Positions 53,434-63,994 of a DNA stretch of 64,000 bases are shown here, in pieces. The stretch spans positions 864,001 to 928,000 of the forward strand of contig CAVZZA010000003.1 in NCBI GenBank assembly GCA_963779615.1, written 5' to 3'. A model generated the notes under the pieces. That model saw only the letters and a program-made list of their open reading frames with translations, was not told the origin of the DNA and ran no database searches. How positions within the stretch are numbered: position 1 is the stretch's first letter; each line of letters begins with the position of its first letter. The position numbers and the translations under genes are program-made. This DNA is from an uncultured Nitrososphaeraceae archaeon (GTDB lineage: Archaea > Thermoproteota > Nitrososphaeria > Nitrososphaerales > Nitrososphaeraceae).

Positions 53434-54075
53434 GTGATAGAGGGTCCCGATGCGTCAGGAAGAAGCACACAGATTGAAAAAATAACAACAAAACTTGAGG
53501 CTGATGGGCATGCAGTAATAAACGCAGGATTGCGGAGATCGGATCTTATCTCCAAAGGCATCCTTGAGGCAAAAAGAAATCACCTGGTTGGGAAAAGGGC
53601 AATGGCTCTTTATTACGCGGCAGATTTTGCAGACCAGCTGGAAAAAAAAATCATTCCGGCGCTAAAGGCAGGTTTCATTGTGATTTCTGACAGATACATA
53701 TACACACTGATAGCAAGAAGCTCTGTCAGGGGAATAGACAAAAACTGGCTGCACAGCTTATTTAGTTTTGCCATCAAACCGGATTTGGTTTTCCACTTGG
53801 ATGTAGATCCGCATAACTTGATACACAGGGTGTTTCAGAAAAACTACTCCCTGGACTATTATGAGTCGGGGGTTGATCTTGGGATTTCCAGCGACATTTT
53901 TGACTCATTCATAAAATACCAGTATGCACTGAAAAGGGAGTTTGAAAGGATGAGGGCAAGGTATAACCTGATTAACATAGACGGCAATGAAAGCATTGAG
54001 AAGGTGTACCAGCAAATCCAATCACAAATAGACGAATTTTTAATATCGGAAAACAAGGAATCGGTAATAAGGTGA
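53434..54075 (+). CDS. Thymidylate-kinase-like protein B (degenerate P-loop); candidate partner subunit
   Basis: EGPDASGRST (K to R), YAADFADQ, SDRY, YYESGVD; frame is open upstream to ~53329. Confidence 0.85.
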   Translation: MIEGPDASGRSTQIEKITTKLEADGHAVINAGLRRSDLISKGILEAKRNHLVGKRAMALYYAADFADQLEKKIIPALKAGFIVISDRYIYTLIARSSVRGIDKNWLHSLFSFAIKPDLVFHLDVDPHNLIHRVFQKNYSLDYYESGVDLGISSDIFDSFIKYQYALKREFERMRARYNLINIDGNESIEKVYQQIQSQIDEFLISENKESVIR

Positions 54076-54110
54076 AATTACAATGTTTATCCAAATTTAA
54101 ATAGGAGGAA

Positions 54111-54449
54111 ATGGATAGATTTAAAAATATACGATTTATAATGCAGTCGTCAAAGATATTGCCGGTAGTTAGGATAAATAAAAGATCAGTACATGGACCG
54201 CTATTGTTATTAATAATTGCTAGCATCATCTACATAACGTTTATAAATATTTTGCTCAATCCAGCATATGCCAAAGAGATTAAATTATATGACGAGATTG
54301 ACAAATGCCAATCATCAAACACCAACAATGATGATACAAAGCCTTACACACAAAATTCAGGAAATTGTGACAGAATAATAATAAACAGTGAAAAATGCGA
54401 TTCTTTTACTTCTATGATATTATCGTTTGGAAGTATAAAATGTTCTTAA
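54111..54449 (+). CDS. Putative membrane/exported protein
   Basis: Hydrophobic segment ending PAYA; four Cys in the ectodomain. Confidence 0.5.
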   Translation: MDRFKNIRFIMQSSKILPVVRINKRSVHGPLLLLIIASIIYITFINILLNPAYAKEIKLYDEIDKCQSSNTNNDDTKPYTQNSGNCDRIIINSEKCDSFTSMILSFGSIKCS

Positions 54450-54484
54450 GTATCATACAACACTGTTGTTGGTAGAGAAAACAC

Positions 54485-55219
54485 GTGACCTCCATTCCAG
54501 AATGGAAAAGATGGATATTATATAATTTAATTGGTGAAGGAATCCACACCGTATTGTTTGAAGACCAAATTAAAAAACTATCAGGAAGACACTATGAAAA
54601 CAATCTTACAGTTGCGTTAAATGTTTTAGTGGATATTGGAATATTATTAAAACTAGAAACCAACAAAAGGAAAAAATTCATTGTTAACTATGAAAGATTA
54701 AATGATGCTCAAAAAATATTGAACGATAATAGAAACTGGATACACGGCAAAGAAAATGAAAAAGATAATAAAAACATCAATCAATATTTTTCAGAACCAG
54801 AGGGATATAATTTCTGGTTTAACATAGAAGAACCTCCACGCAAGAAAAAAAGCATATACAATTTATATTATAAGAAAACAGACAATTTGGATTTTTCAGC
54901 CCAAATAATAACTCAAAAATATTCACGAATATTACACATGGGATCTTTAAGACAAAATAATTCAAATATTTCAAAATTATGGAGAGCCTGTCAAGAATTG
55001 TCTATAATATCAAAAAATGGAGAATTCATTTTGCAAGATTTGCAAGATAAAGAAAGAAAAGCCTGCGGAAATAACAGGCAGCGAGGTAAGATATCTTTAG
55101 CAATATTCAAAAAATTAGAATACATACAAGAAAATGGCAAAAAAGGAAATTCAACATCATTCAGACTGACAGGAAAACAACCCCCTTTCACAACTCTAGA
55201 TGAGATAATTAATACATAG
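54485..55219 (+). CDS. hypothetical protein, possibly two wHTH domains
   Basis: 244-aa ORF; ALNVLVDIGIL and AIFKKLEYIQE...FRLTG segments. Confidence 0.65.
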   Translation: MTSIPEWKRWILYNLIGEGIHTVLFEDQIKKLSGRHYENNLTVALNVLVDIGILLKLETNKRKKFIVNYERLNDAQKILNDNRNWIHGKENEKDNKNINQYFSEPEGYNFWFNIEEPPRKKKSIYNLYYKKTDNLDFSAQIITQKYSRILHMGSLRQNNSNISKLWRACQELSIISKNGEFILQDLQDKERKACGNNRQRGKISLAIFKKLEYIQENGKKGNSTSFRLTGKQPPFTTLDEIINT

Positions 55220-55276
55220 TAAAAACAAACTAATCTAAACGCAAACCTCTTATTAAATTATTTAACATCATTTGGT

Positions 55277-55825
55277 ATGGAAATACTTGAAGATAAAATT
55301 TTAGCTAAAAGCATATTCCAAAAATACACAGTTAACCCAAAGAATTGGAATTTTGTAATTTCCACAACATCTATAAATGATGGGTTTTTTGATGCAACAG
55401 TAACAAATCCCGACGAAGCATGGCAGTTGAAAATCGATTCATTATACAAACCATTTCCGATAATTGCAGGAACAAAAGTAGATACGGAGTCAACAAAAAT
55501 GAAGAAAATAATTAACAAAGATATTGTTCCCTTTGGATATAGAAAAATAGATCCGCCAGTGTTAATGAACCTATTTAAAAAAATATCACAAGAACAAGAA
55601 GTGATTGCAACAAAAGATACAAATCACATAAATAATGAATTAAATTCTCTTTTAGGATCGCTTGAACCAACAGTCCCGATAAAAGGTATTGATTATTTAT
55701 ATGGACCATTTCTATTCACGGATAAAAACATCATAGACAAGAATCCCTACCAGAAAGATATATCTGAAAAACTAGCATTAAATATGAAGAAAAAAATTAA
55801 ACAAAGATATCCTAGCTATGGATAA
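55277..55825 (+). CDS. hypothetical protein
   Basis: 182-aa ORF overlapping the start of the esterase. Confidence 0.7.
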   Translation: MEILEDKILAKSIFQKYTVNPKNWNFVISTTSINDGFFDATVTNPDEAWQLKIDSLYKPFPIIAGTKVDTESTKMKKIINKDIVPFGYRKIDPPVLMNLFKKISQEQEVIATKDTNHINNELNSLLGSLEPTVPIKGIDYLYGPFLFTDKNIIDKNPYQKDISEKLALNMKKKIKQRYPSYG

Positions 55826-56823
55826 AAAATTAAAAGGGCAAATAAAAATCATCAAGTTTAAAAGCAAAGTTTTAGAAAACAACCCCCTAAAGGATCCTTA
55901 TGTAAGAGACCTATTAGTCTACCTTCCAGAGAAGTATTCCGGTCATTCAAGAGGCTACCCAACAATTTTTTTGCTACCTTCTTTTGGAAATAATAATTAT
56001 TCCACCGTTAACAATAATCCATTTTCTTTGACAATTTATCAAGTATTAGAAAATTTAATTCGTGAGAATAAATGCGGTGAGATGATAATTGTGAGTATTG
56101 ATTGTTTTAATAAGTTTGGAGGAAGTCAATACTTAAACTCAAAGGCAATTGGCAACTATAGAGACTATTTAATAAAAGAAATTGTGCCTTATATAAATTT
56201 AAAATATAATGTATCCAATAATGCGTTACTAGGAAAGTCATCAGGCGGATATGGAGCAGTTACAATTGGTATGCAATATCCAAAAATATTTAAATCAATA
56301 GCTGCACACTCGTTTGATTCAGCGTTTGAATATTGCTACTTACCGGACTTTCCGTTAGCATTTAAAATGCTTAAAAAAGAAGGTGGTCCAAAGAAATGGC
56401 TAACAAACTTTTGGAAGAAAGAGAACAAAAATGAAAAAAATGACTTTGTTACTTTAAATATACTTTCTATGGCAGCACATTACTCTCCAAAAGAATCTGA
56501 TGGAGGCAGAGTTGGAATTAATCTTCCATTTGATTTAAAGACAGGAGAACTAAATGAACAGATATGGAATAAATGGAAAACTCAAGATCCTATAAATATG
56601 GTTAAAAAATTTAAAAATAATTTGAAAAATATTAATTTATTATTTTTTGATTGTGGAATGAATGACGAATTTAATTTATTTATCGGAGCAAAAGTTTTTA
56701 GTGAAAGGTGCAAAAGTTTCGGAATAAGTCATGAATATTTGCAGTACCGATGGAGGGCATTTTAATACGAGTTTTAGGTATGCCATATCTTTATCAAAAA
56801 TATACAACTCCCTATCAAAATAG
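55818..56823 (+). CDS. Alpha/beta-hydrolase (putative esterase), +1 frameshift at ~56748
   Basis: VYLP, GGSQYLNS, GKSSGGYG nucleophile elbow, DCG..DEF; deleting one C restores YDGGHF and a stop at 56823. Confidence 0.85.
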
Positions 56824-56907
56824 CATCTAATTATAAATAAATCGCCTGCACCAAATGCCAAACACATCAAATAAAAAAATTAAAAACTGCAAAGAAAACA
56901 ACTCCAC

Positions 56908-57825
56908 CTAATCAACAAAAGTCAACCAAGAGTTACTATTGTTATTTTTGCCTTTTACAATTTGCTCGTAATGACTTTGTATTTTTTTAGTGACTGGACC
57001 GATCTTTCCATCACCTATAACTCGATGATCAATTTTGCTTATAGGAACAATCTCAGAGGCCGTACCCGTTAAAAAGGCTTCCTCAAAAAAATACAACTCA
57101 TCTCTTGAAATATTTTCTACCCTAAGTGGAATACTATTTTGCTTTGTTATTTCAATAACAGTATCACGAGTTATTCCCTCCAAAGCACCGGTAGAAATTG
57201 GTGGTGTATACAATACACCACCCTTCACAAAAAAAATATTTTCAGCAGTAGCCTCTACCACAAATCCATTTGAATTTATCATTATTGCTTCATCAAAACC
57301 CGATTTTAAGGCCTCCATTCTGGCTAAAGCAGAATTAGCATAATTTGAAACACCCTTTGCATGTGTTGGCATAGATCTAACATCGAGTTTCATCCATGAG
57401 GAAACCATAGCATTAATGCCCTGTTCTCTATCTTCTTTTTTGATATGTTCAGTCCAATTCCAAACAGCTATAGCAACAGAGACTTTATTAGGCAACGGGT
57501 TGACACCCAATTTGCCATAACCATAAAATGCGATTATCCTAATATAACACTCACTCAAATCATTGGCCCTAACAGTATCAATGGAAAATTGTTTTATATC
57601 ATCCCGTGTATATCCAAAATGCATAAAATAAGCTTTGCCACTATCAAATAACCTTCTTATGTGATCATCCAATCTAAAAATTGCAGGTCCATTATCGGTA
57701 TTATAGGATCTAATTCCCTCAAAAATACCAGTCCCATAATGTAGTCCATGAGTTAAAACATGTATTTTAGCTTCGTTATAATCCACTAACTGTCCATCAA
57801 ACCATATCTTTTTACTTTCCAACAT
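56908..57825 (-). CDS. ilvE: Branched-chain amino acid aminotransferase
   Basis: LHYGTGIFEG, FRLDDHIRRL, LEGITR, EAFLTGTASE. Confidence 0.95.
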   Translation of the reverse strand: MLESKKIWFDGQLVDYNEAKIHVLTHGLHYGTGIFEGIRSYNTDNGPAIFRLDDHIRRLFDSGKAYFMHFGYTRDDIKQFSIDTVRANDLSECYIRIIAFYGYGKLGVNPLPNKVSVAIAVWNWTEHIKKEDREQGINAMVSSWMKLDVRSMPTHAKGVSNYANSALARMEALKSGFDEAIMINSNGFVVEATAENIFFVKGGVLYTPPISTGALEGITRDTVIEITKQNSIPLRVENISRDELYFFEEAFLTGTASEIVPISKIDHRVIGDGKIGPVTKKIQSHYEQIVKGKNNNSNSWLTFVD

Positions 57826-57848
57826 TAGTTTCCATTAAATAAATACAA

Positions 57849-59264
57849 TTAGTTTATAATTGTACCTTTTGAATGTATCGATTTAATGACCTCTTCGACA
57901 CTGTTATCTTCAACAACTATAAGAATTCGTGAGGTTTCTTCTTGAGCATCTATATTTAATATATTAATATCTTTTTGGCTCACTATACTACTTGTTTCTG
58001 ATACAATCTTTGGAACTTTCCACATGGAATCACCTATAAGAGTAACAACTCCTCTGGAATACACCATTTCTACTTTTGAATAAAAAGAACGAAAAACTTT
58101 TTCATGTCGTTTGACATAATCTGCATCTAAAAACAAAAATCTGGTCATCTCATGGTTATCCTGTTTGAAAGGGGACAATTTTATAAAATCATGGTACTGT
58201 CTTTGTTTTTCCAGCAGCGCCACAAGATGCGAAGCTGCGATAGACTCCATTCTGACTATAACACAGTTTTTTTTCCCAGTGACTATTTTAATTTTTGACT
58301 CATGTTCTGACTCTTCAGCGGATATTTTTTTTTTAATTTTTGTAAAACGACTAGGATCAGAAATATTTGTTATTTTGATTGGTATGTTCAGATTATTATC
58401 ATCTATATCTTTTATAGCCACAGGGTCCAATATCTTCATCCCAAACATTCCAGCTAGTTTAGCCTCATTGTAAGAAAGTGATTCCACATAATGTAGATTA
58501 TCTGAAATTATTTTTGGATCTGCACTCAACACTGCATTATCTTTTTCAAAGTCAATAAGAACATCATAATTCGAAGAAAGCAAAATGCCTAAATCTGCAG
58601 CTGTCCTATCGGAACCACCCCTTTCATATGTTGTTTCCAAGCCATCGATTGTTTTTCCAATAAATCCACCGATACACACAACATCATTAAATTTTAATAT
58701 ATTAACCAAAGAAGCCAAATGTTTTTTAGAATCAGCTAAAAGGAAATTGGCTGCTTCAAAATTGTCATCGGTAACTATAGGCCAATCATTTATGTCAACA
58801 TATTCTGAATCAATGCCATTATTTTTTAGGATATAGTTCATTAAACAGGATATAGCAATTTCACCACTGTAAGCAAGTATCCGTGACCTACTCACATCTA
58901 CAAACCGCCTATTTTCGGCGACTTGCTTAAGTGAAACTATAACGATTTTATTGAATTTTTCTAAATCAGCTTCAAACTCTTTTCTACATCCATTTGACAG
59001 ATATTTGTAAGATATTTTCAAGTAAACATTTTTTAATACATCGATATCCACAGGAGTGAATGAAGCATAATTTTTAGATATCCTAATAGCAACATCAGTC
59101 ATTGATAGATTCTTTCCCTCATAATGAGTAAGTGGAGCAGAGAATACAGAGATAATCTTGGCGTTCTTTTTTAATTCTTTAATCCTGTCTACAATCACAG
59201 GGATTTTAACACCATCTACACCTAACGCAGACCCACCAAATTTTACTATTATCAAAGGTTCCAA
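57849..59264 (-). CDS. Aspartate kinase
   Basis: VKFGGS, ERGGSDRTA, SADP, LSYNEA; C-terminal ACT-like region. Confidence 0.88.
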   Translation of the reverse strand: MEPLIIVKFGGSALGVDGVKIPVIVDRIKELKKNAKIISVFSAPLTHYEGKNLSMTDVAIRISKNYASFTPVDIDVLKNVYLKISYKYLSNGCRKEFEADLEKFNKIVIVSLKQVAENRRFVDVSRSRILAYSGEIAISCLMNYILKNNGIDSEYVDINDWPIVTDDNFEAANFLLADSKKHLASLVNILKFNDVVCIGGFIGKTIDGLETTYERGGSDRTAADLGILLSSNYDVLIDFEKDNAVLSADPKIISDNLHYVESLSYNEAKLAGMFGMKILDPVAIKDIDDNNLNIPIKITNISDPSRFTKIKKKISAEESEHESKIKIVTGKKNCVIVRMESIAASHLVALLEKQRQYHDFIKLSPFKQDNHEMTRFLFLDADYVKRHEKVFRSFYSKVEMVYSRGVVTLIGDSMWKVPKIVSETSSIVSQKDINILNIDAQEETSRILIVVEDNSVEEVIKSIHSKGTIIN

Positions 59265-59291
59265 TATAAAAATTATAAAGTCATCCAGTTA

Positions 59292-60374
59292 TTAATTATT
59301 CAAAATTTTATAGATAATTTTGGCAGCTTTTGATACACCATTGTCAACTTTTTCTACTTTATTATGCTCAACACCACAAAGTTTCTCCTCTATTAATCCA
59401 TCCAGTTTAAAAATATCATCATATTTGAATCCTAATAATTTCGCTCTATATTCTTGTTCAAAATGATTTTTTATTGGAATAAATATACCAGGTGTACCAT
59501 AAACCATACTTTCATCAATTGTCGATTTCCCACCAAGTGAAATGACCAAATCAGACGCATTAACGAATTCATGTCCGTTACCCATGATTCCCAAATATCT
59601 GCACTTTCCAGATTTTGGTAATTCGGTATACCGTGTGGACAAAATAACAAGCTCGTATTCAGAATTATTCTTTATCCGCGAGAAAGACTCGATTGTTTTT
59701 TTTAATAGATACAAACCGGCATTTGTTCCTCCAGTAGAAACTAAAATAGTTGTCCTATCGAATGATAGTTTTTTTCGCAACTCCTCCCTTGTACTATATA
59801 TTTCTCTGACAATCGGACCCACATAGAAAAAATTATCTTTATCTTCCCCGAATTCGGGCAGGATTACACAATCAGAAGATTTAATAAGATTGCACATAGA
59901 ATTGTTAAGAACCTTTTCAAATCGAGAAAATAAAAAAGATTTACCAAATTGAGTCTTCAGTATATCAGTAACAAAAACTCTTTTTATGCCAAGGTCTTTG
60001 GTAAACATTAATGAAGCAAAATCTTCGTCACTCACCATTAAATCTGGAAAAATATTTTGATGACCATCAAAATAAAAAAATTTCTTAAGGCTGTTTTTAC
60101 AATTATTATAATAATAAAGATACTTTAAAAGCCAGAAAAAACCATGAGATAGTTTTCCATCAATTACCGAAAAATTAGGAGGATCATACAAATTTGAGGT
60201 ATGCATCATACCATTGTAAATAGAATTATTCATTTTTGATACAAGGTCAAAGGCTGTTGAACCTGTAACAAAGGCAAAATCATTGTAACCATATAACTGC
60301 ATGATTTTATCCATAATTGCGATATCCCTGGTAATGTGACCCAAACCTATAGGACTTGAGAAAAATAATATCAT
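59292..60374 (-). CDS. GT-B glycosyltransferase (GT28/MurG-like)
   Basis: GLGHITRD, VGPIVR, STGGT, GGKSTIDE, HFEQE. Confidence 0.88.
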   Translation of the reverse strand: MILFFSSPIGLGHITRDIAIMDKIMQLYGYNDFAFVTGSTAFDLVSKMNNSIYNGMMHTSNLYDPPNFSVIDGKLSHGFFWLLKYLYYYNNCKNSLKKFFYFDGHQNIFPDLMVSDEDFASLMFTKDLGIKRVFVTDILKTQFGKSFLFSRFEKVLNNSMCNLIKSSDCVILPEFGEDKDNFFYVGPIVREIYSTREELRKKLSFDRTTILVSTGGTNAGLYLLKKTIESFSRIKNNSEYELVILSTRYTELPKSGKCRYLGIMGNGHEFVNASDLVISLGGKSTIDESMVYGTPGIFIPIKNHFEQEYRAKLLGFKYDDIFKLDGLIEEKLCGVEHNKVEKVDNGVSKAAKIIYKILNN

Positions 60375-60472
60375 GAACTAGTGCCCCATAAAGACATAAA
60401 AGGCAGAAATTAATTATATTTTACTAATTATTTCTAATTCATAGAATCAACGTAATAAAATAAATATAATAA

Positions 60473-60748
60473 ATGTATAACAAAATCATGGAATGTGCAG
60501 TTTATGATACATACGTTACAAAAAAAGACGGCAGAATAATGCATTTTGATGTTATTGTAGAGGCAAGTACTCCTCATGAAAAAGCAATTGAATATGGAAT
60601 AGAATTTTTACAGAAGGCCGACCAAGGAGGTCAAAAAATGACTCAGGAAGAATGTCAATTTTGCCACATCCAAGAAGCTCCACCAATGGTTGAAAAAAGC
60701 ATCACAGATAATGGATATTACATCCAAAAAATGGAAGGATGTCCATAA
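60473..60748 (+). CDS. DUF2024-family protein
   Basis: VYDTYVTKKDGRIMHFDV, ECQFCH, MEGCP; probable start at ATG 60488. Confidence 0.85.
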   Translation: MYNKIMECAVYDTYVTKKDGRIMHFDVIVEASTPHEKAIEYGIEFLQKADQGGQKMTQEECQFCHIQEAPPMVEKSITDNGYYIQKMEGCP

Positions 60749-60932
60749 AACAATCAAAGGCAACTCCCAAGTCATAAAAGTTTATGTTTTTTTTATTAAT
60801 TCCAGAACCTGCAAGCATCTATAATTCGCTAAATCAATGATTTTAAATGGTATTAAAAAATAACAACAGGCAAATCTAATCAAAAGAAACCCTAAATAAA
60901 ATAAAAGTGATAGAGAATACTATAACCCAATG

Positions 60933-61166
60933 TCATTTAGTAAGTTCTAACAACGTTAATGTAGATTTTATTTCATCAAGACGCCTTAAGAGTATAATTT
61001 TTCGTTGCAAATCCTCCCTGTCATTTGCAGTAATTGTAACGATTATATCGTATACTCCATATACCCGATACACCTTATCTACATAGCTAAGATCTCTAAT
61101 TTCCTGCATTACCTTTGCTTCCGATCCTAAACTACAATTAACCAAAACAAAGGCATTATATTCCAT
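60933..61166 (-). CDS. Lrp/AsnC ligand-binding-domain protein
   Basis: AFVLVNC, VYGVYDIIV, STLTL. Confidence 0.9.
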   Translation of the reverse strand: MEYNAFVLVNCSLGSEAKVMQEIRDLSYVDKVYRVYGVYDIIVTITANDREDLQRKIILLRRLDEIKSTLTLLELTK

Positions 61167-61237
61167 ATATCTTGCTTATCACATAATAAAATAAAACCTT
61201 TCTCTTTCAAAACAAATAAATAAAATAGAATAAAAAA

Positions 61238-61513
61238 TTATTTTCTTCTTGCTGTGATTGTGTGAGTATGGTCGACATACCACCTAATTCCATCTTTAAA
61301 TTTGCCCCACCAATCCATAAAATCATCACTACTTTCTGCCTCAAAAAGTAAAAATCCATTATATTCCGTGCCCCAGGCATGATTATATTCACCTATAAGT
61401 TCTATGCCCTGAGGTAAACTTTTCTTAATGTCTTTCCATTGTTCATTTGCTTTTTTTGTTTCTTCAGGACTCATTGTTTTAAATCTATAAAAAACTAAAA
61501 AAGTAGCAGCCAC
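61238..61513 (-). CDS. hypothetical dimeric alpha-beta barrel-like protein
   Basis: Y.HAWGTEYNGF motif; GTG at 61513 is the likely start. Confidence 0.65.
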   Translation of the reverse strand: MAATFLVFYRFKTMSPEETKKANEQWKDIKKSLPQGIELIGEYNHAWGTEYNGFLLFEAESSDDFMDWWGKFKDGIRWYVDHTHTITARRK

Positions 61514-61923
61514 AGTATCTATTAAGAACATTACATTTTAAATATTACTATTCATTTTCCTAAATATATGGTTATTTATTGGCATAATTAAATAATACTT
61601 GTAAATATAATGAGTTTTTACATATTTTGATAGAAAAAAGAAAAAAAAGAAAATCTACCAAATATCGTTTTAACACATAGTGATGTATAACAGTAATGTT
61701 CTTTGAATATATTTCAAACTCACTGTCTGATCTATTATTTGCGGACAACAAAGGTAGCACAATTTAGCCTTAGAGCCCATTTAACCATTAATTGATTCTC
61801 TCAAAAACTTTTGATGTTATAGGTCAGATATTTGAAACCAAAAAGATAAATCAAAAGAATCCGCTAAAGATGATTTTAACTCAAAAAAAAAGTTTTGGCA
61901 TAGAACTAGAATATAAAAGAACT

Positions 61924-62866
61924 GAGCCCATCCCAAAAATTACCTTTCTGTAGATTATGATACTACATGACAGCTGAATCAAGCCATGATAGTTTCCTGT
62001 CTTCTTTTCGTATCTTGTAAACAGCTTCCTGAACCTGTTGTGCCATGAGTTTGCTCTCTCCACAACCCATCATCTTGCAGAGTGTCTTTTCCGTAGTTTT
62101 ATGTCTTTTTTCATTTTCTTCTCTCCCCTCTTATTCTTTTGTGCGGCATATAAGGCAGATATCCTCGTTTGATGATTTCATGTTTTACCTATATGGAACT
62201 GTATGTCCTATCAAAGCACAGATGCTGTAGACAACTTCCCCCCTTTCTCCTTTTTTCTATTTATGCAGAACACAAAACAGGTTGCCCGATAACTATATTA
62301 TCAATCATATCCGTTGCTGCCTTTGTGTCATTAGAGCTGGCTGATGCTATGACAGCTAAAAACGGATGCCTTTTTTGTCTGTCAAGATATGCCTTTTTGT
62401 GCCCAGATTGCCTTTGTCAGGGAGATTGCTTCCGGTCATCACCCCCCCAAGAGAGCCTTTATTGATATGCTGTCTAGGGATTGCCAGGGCCATTTGATTC
62501 TTTTATTGCCATCATATGCCTTGTCAACCCAATCCGCATCTTTTTGAAAACATCTAGTTCAACCCATTGCTGAAACCTTCTGTGACATGTGGAACCAGAG
62601 CCATATTCTCTGGACAGCATTTTCCACTGGCATCCAGTTCTTAGGATGTAGAATACACCATCAATTACTTTTTTAAATGGTACAATTGGAAGACCAAACA
62701 GTTTTAGGCGGTTTCTCTGGGCAAAACATTACTAATCTAATTCCATAGTTCATCAGCAATCTTTAGCAGTGCAATTATCCTTTCTTTTATGCTTCTTCTG
62801 GACACAGGTCACACTTTAGCAGTGACTACTACAAGCAATAATTCTATCGGTTTTTGGGATAGGCCA
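61924..62866 (-). mobile_element. Degenerate IS5-family (IS1031/IS427-like) element
   Basis: TIR-like GAGCCCATCCCAAAAA (61924) and TTTTTGGGATAGGC (62851-62864); fragments DGVFYILRTGCQWKML, GSGSTCHRRFQQW, WVVERANSWHNRFRKL..RYEK with multiple stops and frameshifts. Confidence 0.85.
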
Positions 62867-63259
62867 TAAGGGAGTTGAATTTTTTTAAAAAAATAAGGAG
62901 TAAAAATCAAAGACACACATAGAATGTCAAAATCATTAACAGTATTTGTTCTGTTTAATGTAACTATCATTGACCAAATCAGGCAATTTTATTTGGCAAT
63001 TTATGATAACATGAAAGATCCGTTACAATCGACAATAAAAGATAGATCAATACCATTATTAGATAATGCCAAGTTAGCCCATTTTGAATAATGATCATTG
63101 TACAAAGAAAAAACAAATATTGCAAAAAACTAATAATCAGCCCATCATTAATATTTTAATCAAGTTCGCTAAAAAAAATTACAAATTATGAATAATTGTG
63201 TTCCCATCATAAAGAATTCTTTTAATATGCAATAGTTTAAAATCGACTAAAAATATAGA

Positions 63260-63409
63260 TTATAAATCAGACATACCAAATTTATGGTAACATGAATTGC
63301 ATTTGAATTTTTCTTTCCCGGGGCTACTAGATATTACATCCAATTGGCCCTTTGTCCTACAATTTGGGCATTTTCCATAGATCGTTTTTTTCGTATTCCT
63401 ATAATTTAT
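63260..63409 (-). CDS. ~49-aa zinc-ribbon microprotein lacking a canonical start
   Basis: INYRNTKKTIYGKCPNCRTKGQLDVISSSPGKEKFKCNSCYHKFGMSDL; CPNC and CNSC; only ATA is available as a start. Confidence 0.45.
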   Translation of the reverse strand: MNYRNTKKTIYGKCPNCRTKGQLDVISSSPGKEKFKCNSCYHKFGMSDL

Positions 63410-63811
63410 TAAATATTATATAAGCTATACTATCAGAACAAACTTTTTTAGTTAAAACATTATTCTTTTTCTTTTAGAAACAAGAGTTACAATTTTCGGG
63501 CAAGGTTAATGCACATGTTCATCCAATTTTAAAATAAATGGTTTTTTGATTTTCATCGTATCACAACACCATATATTATTGATTGCCAGTTAAATTGGTT
63601 TGAAGGGAAGAAACTACATTTTTCAATTAAGTAAATGATTTAGATGAAACAACAGGTGACAAAACCAATAAAAGGAATAAATGCGTACGATAAATTAAAA
63701 TGAAAGGTTGTAAAGTACTTGGACTAATATTAAAAAGTACTTAATAGTGCTCTAAGGAAGTTTTTGCAAAACAAGATACATTATGTAGGTGAAGTTCATA
63801 ATAAAAATGGT

Positions 63812-63994
63812 TCAAACTCCAATTGTACATTCTTTGTTGGTTTTTAACTTACACTTTTGATCATGCCTCCAACTCCCATTATAAAATATTTGAAGATGAT
63901 TTATTCCATCGGTTTCTTTTTCAATTCGTCTAGTGCCATTTTCAGGATTAGTGGATCTGTTTCGTTTATCAAAAGGCTCTATAAATTTTCTCAT
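63812..63994 (-). CDS. hypothetical small protein (may extend beyond the window)
   Basis: 60-aa ORF at the window edge; no recognisable motif. Confidence 0.3.
   Translation of the reverse strand: MRKFIEPFDKRNRSTNPENGTRRIEKETDGINHLQIFYNGSWRHDQKCKLKTNKECTIGV

Noticed and set aside
1083-59826. Numerous antisense ORFs rich in S/I/F/L (e.g. 1083-1334, 7930-8283, 16848-17279, 22437-22835, 47157-47696, 57035-57343)
   Set aside because: Shadow frames of well-supported genes on the opposite strand
61768-63757. Inverted match CCTTAGAGCCCATTTAA / TTAATAGTGCTCTAAGG as ends of a larger element
   Set aside because: 14/17 match in AT-rich DNA with no supporting transposase or TSD
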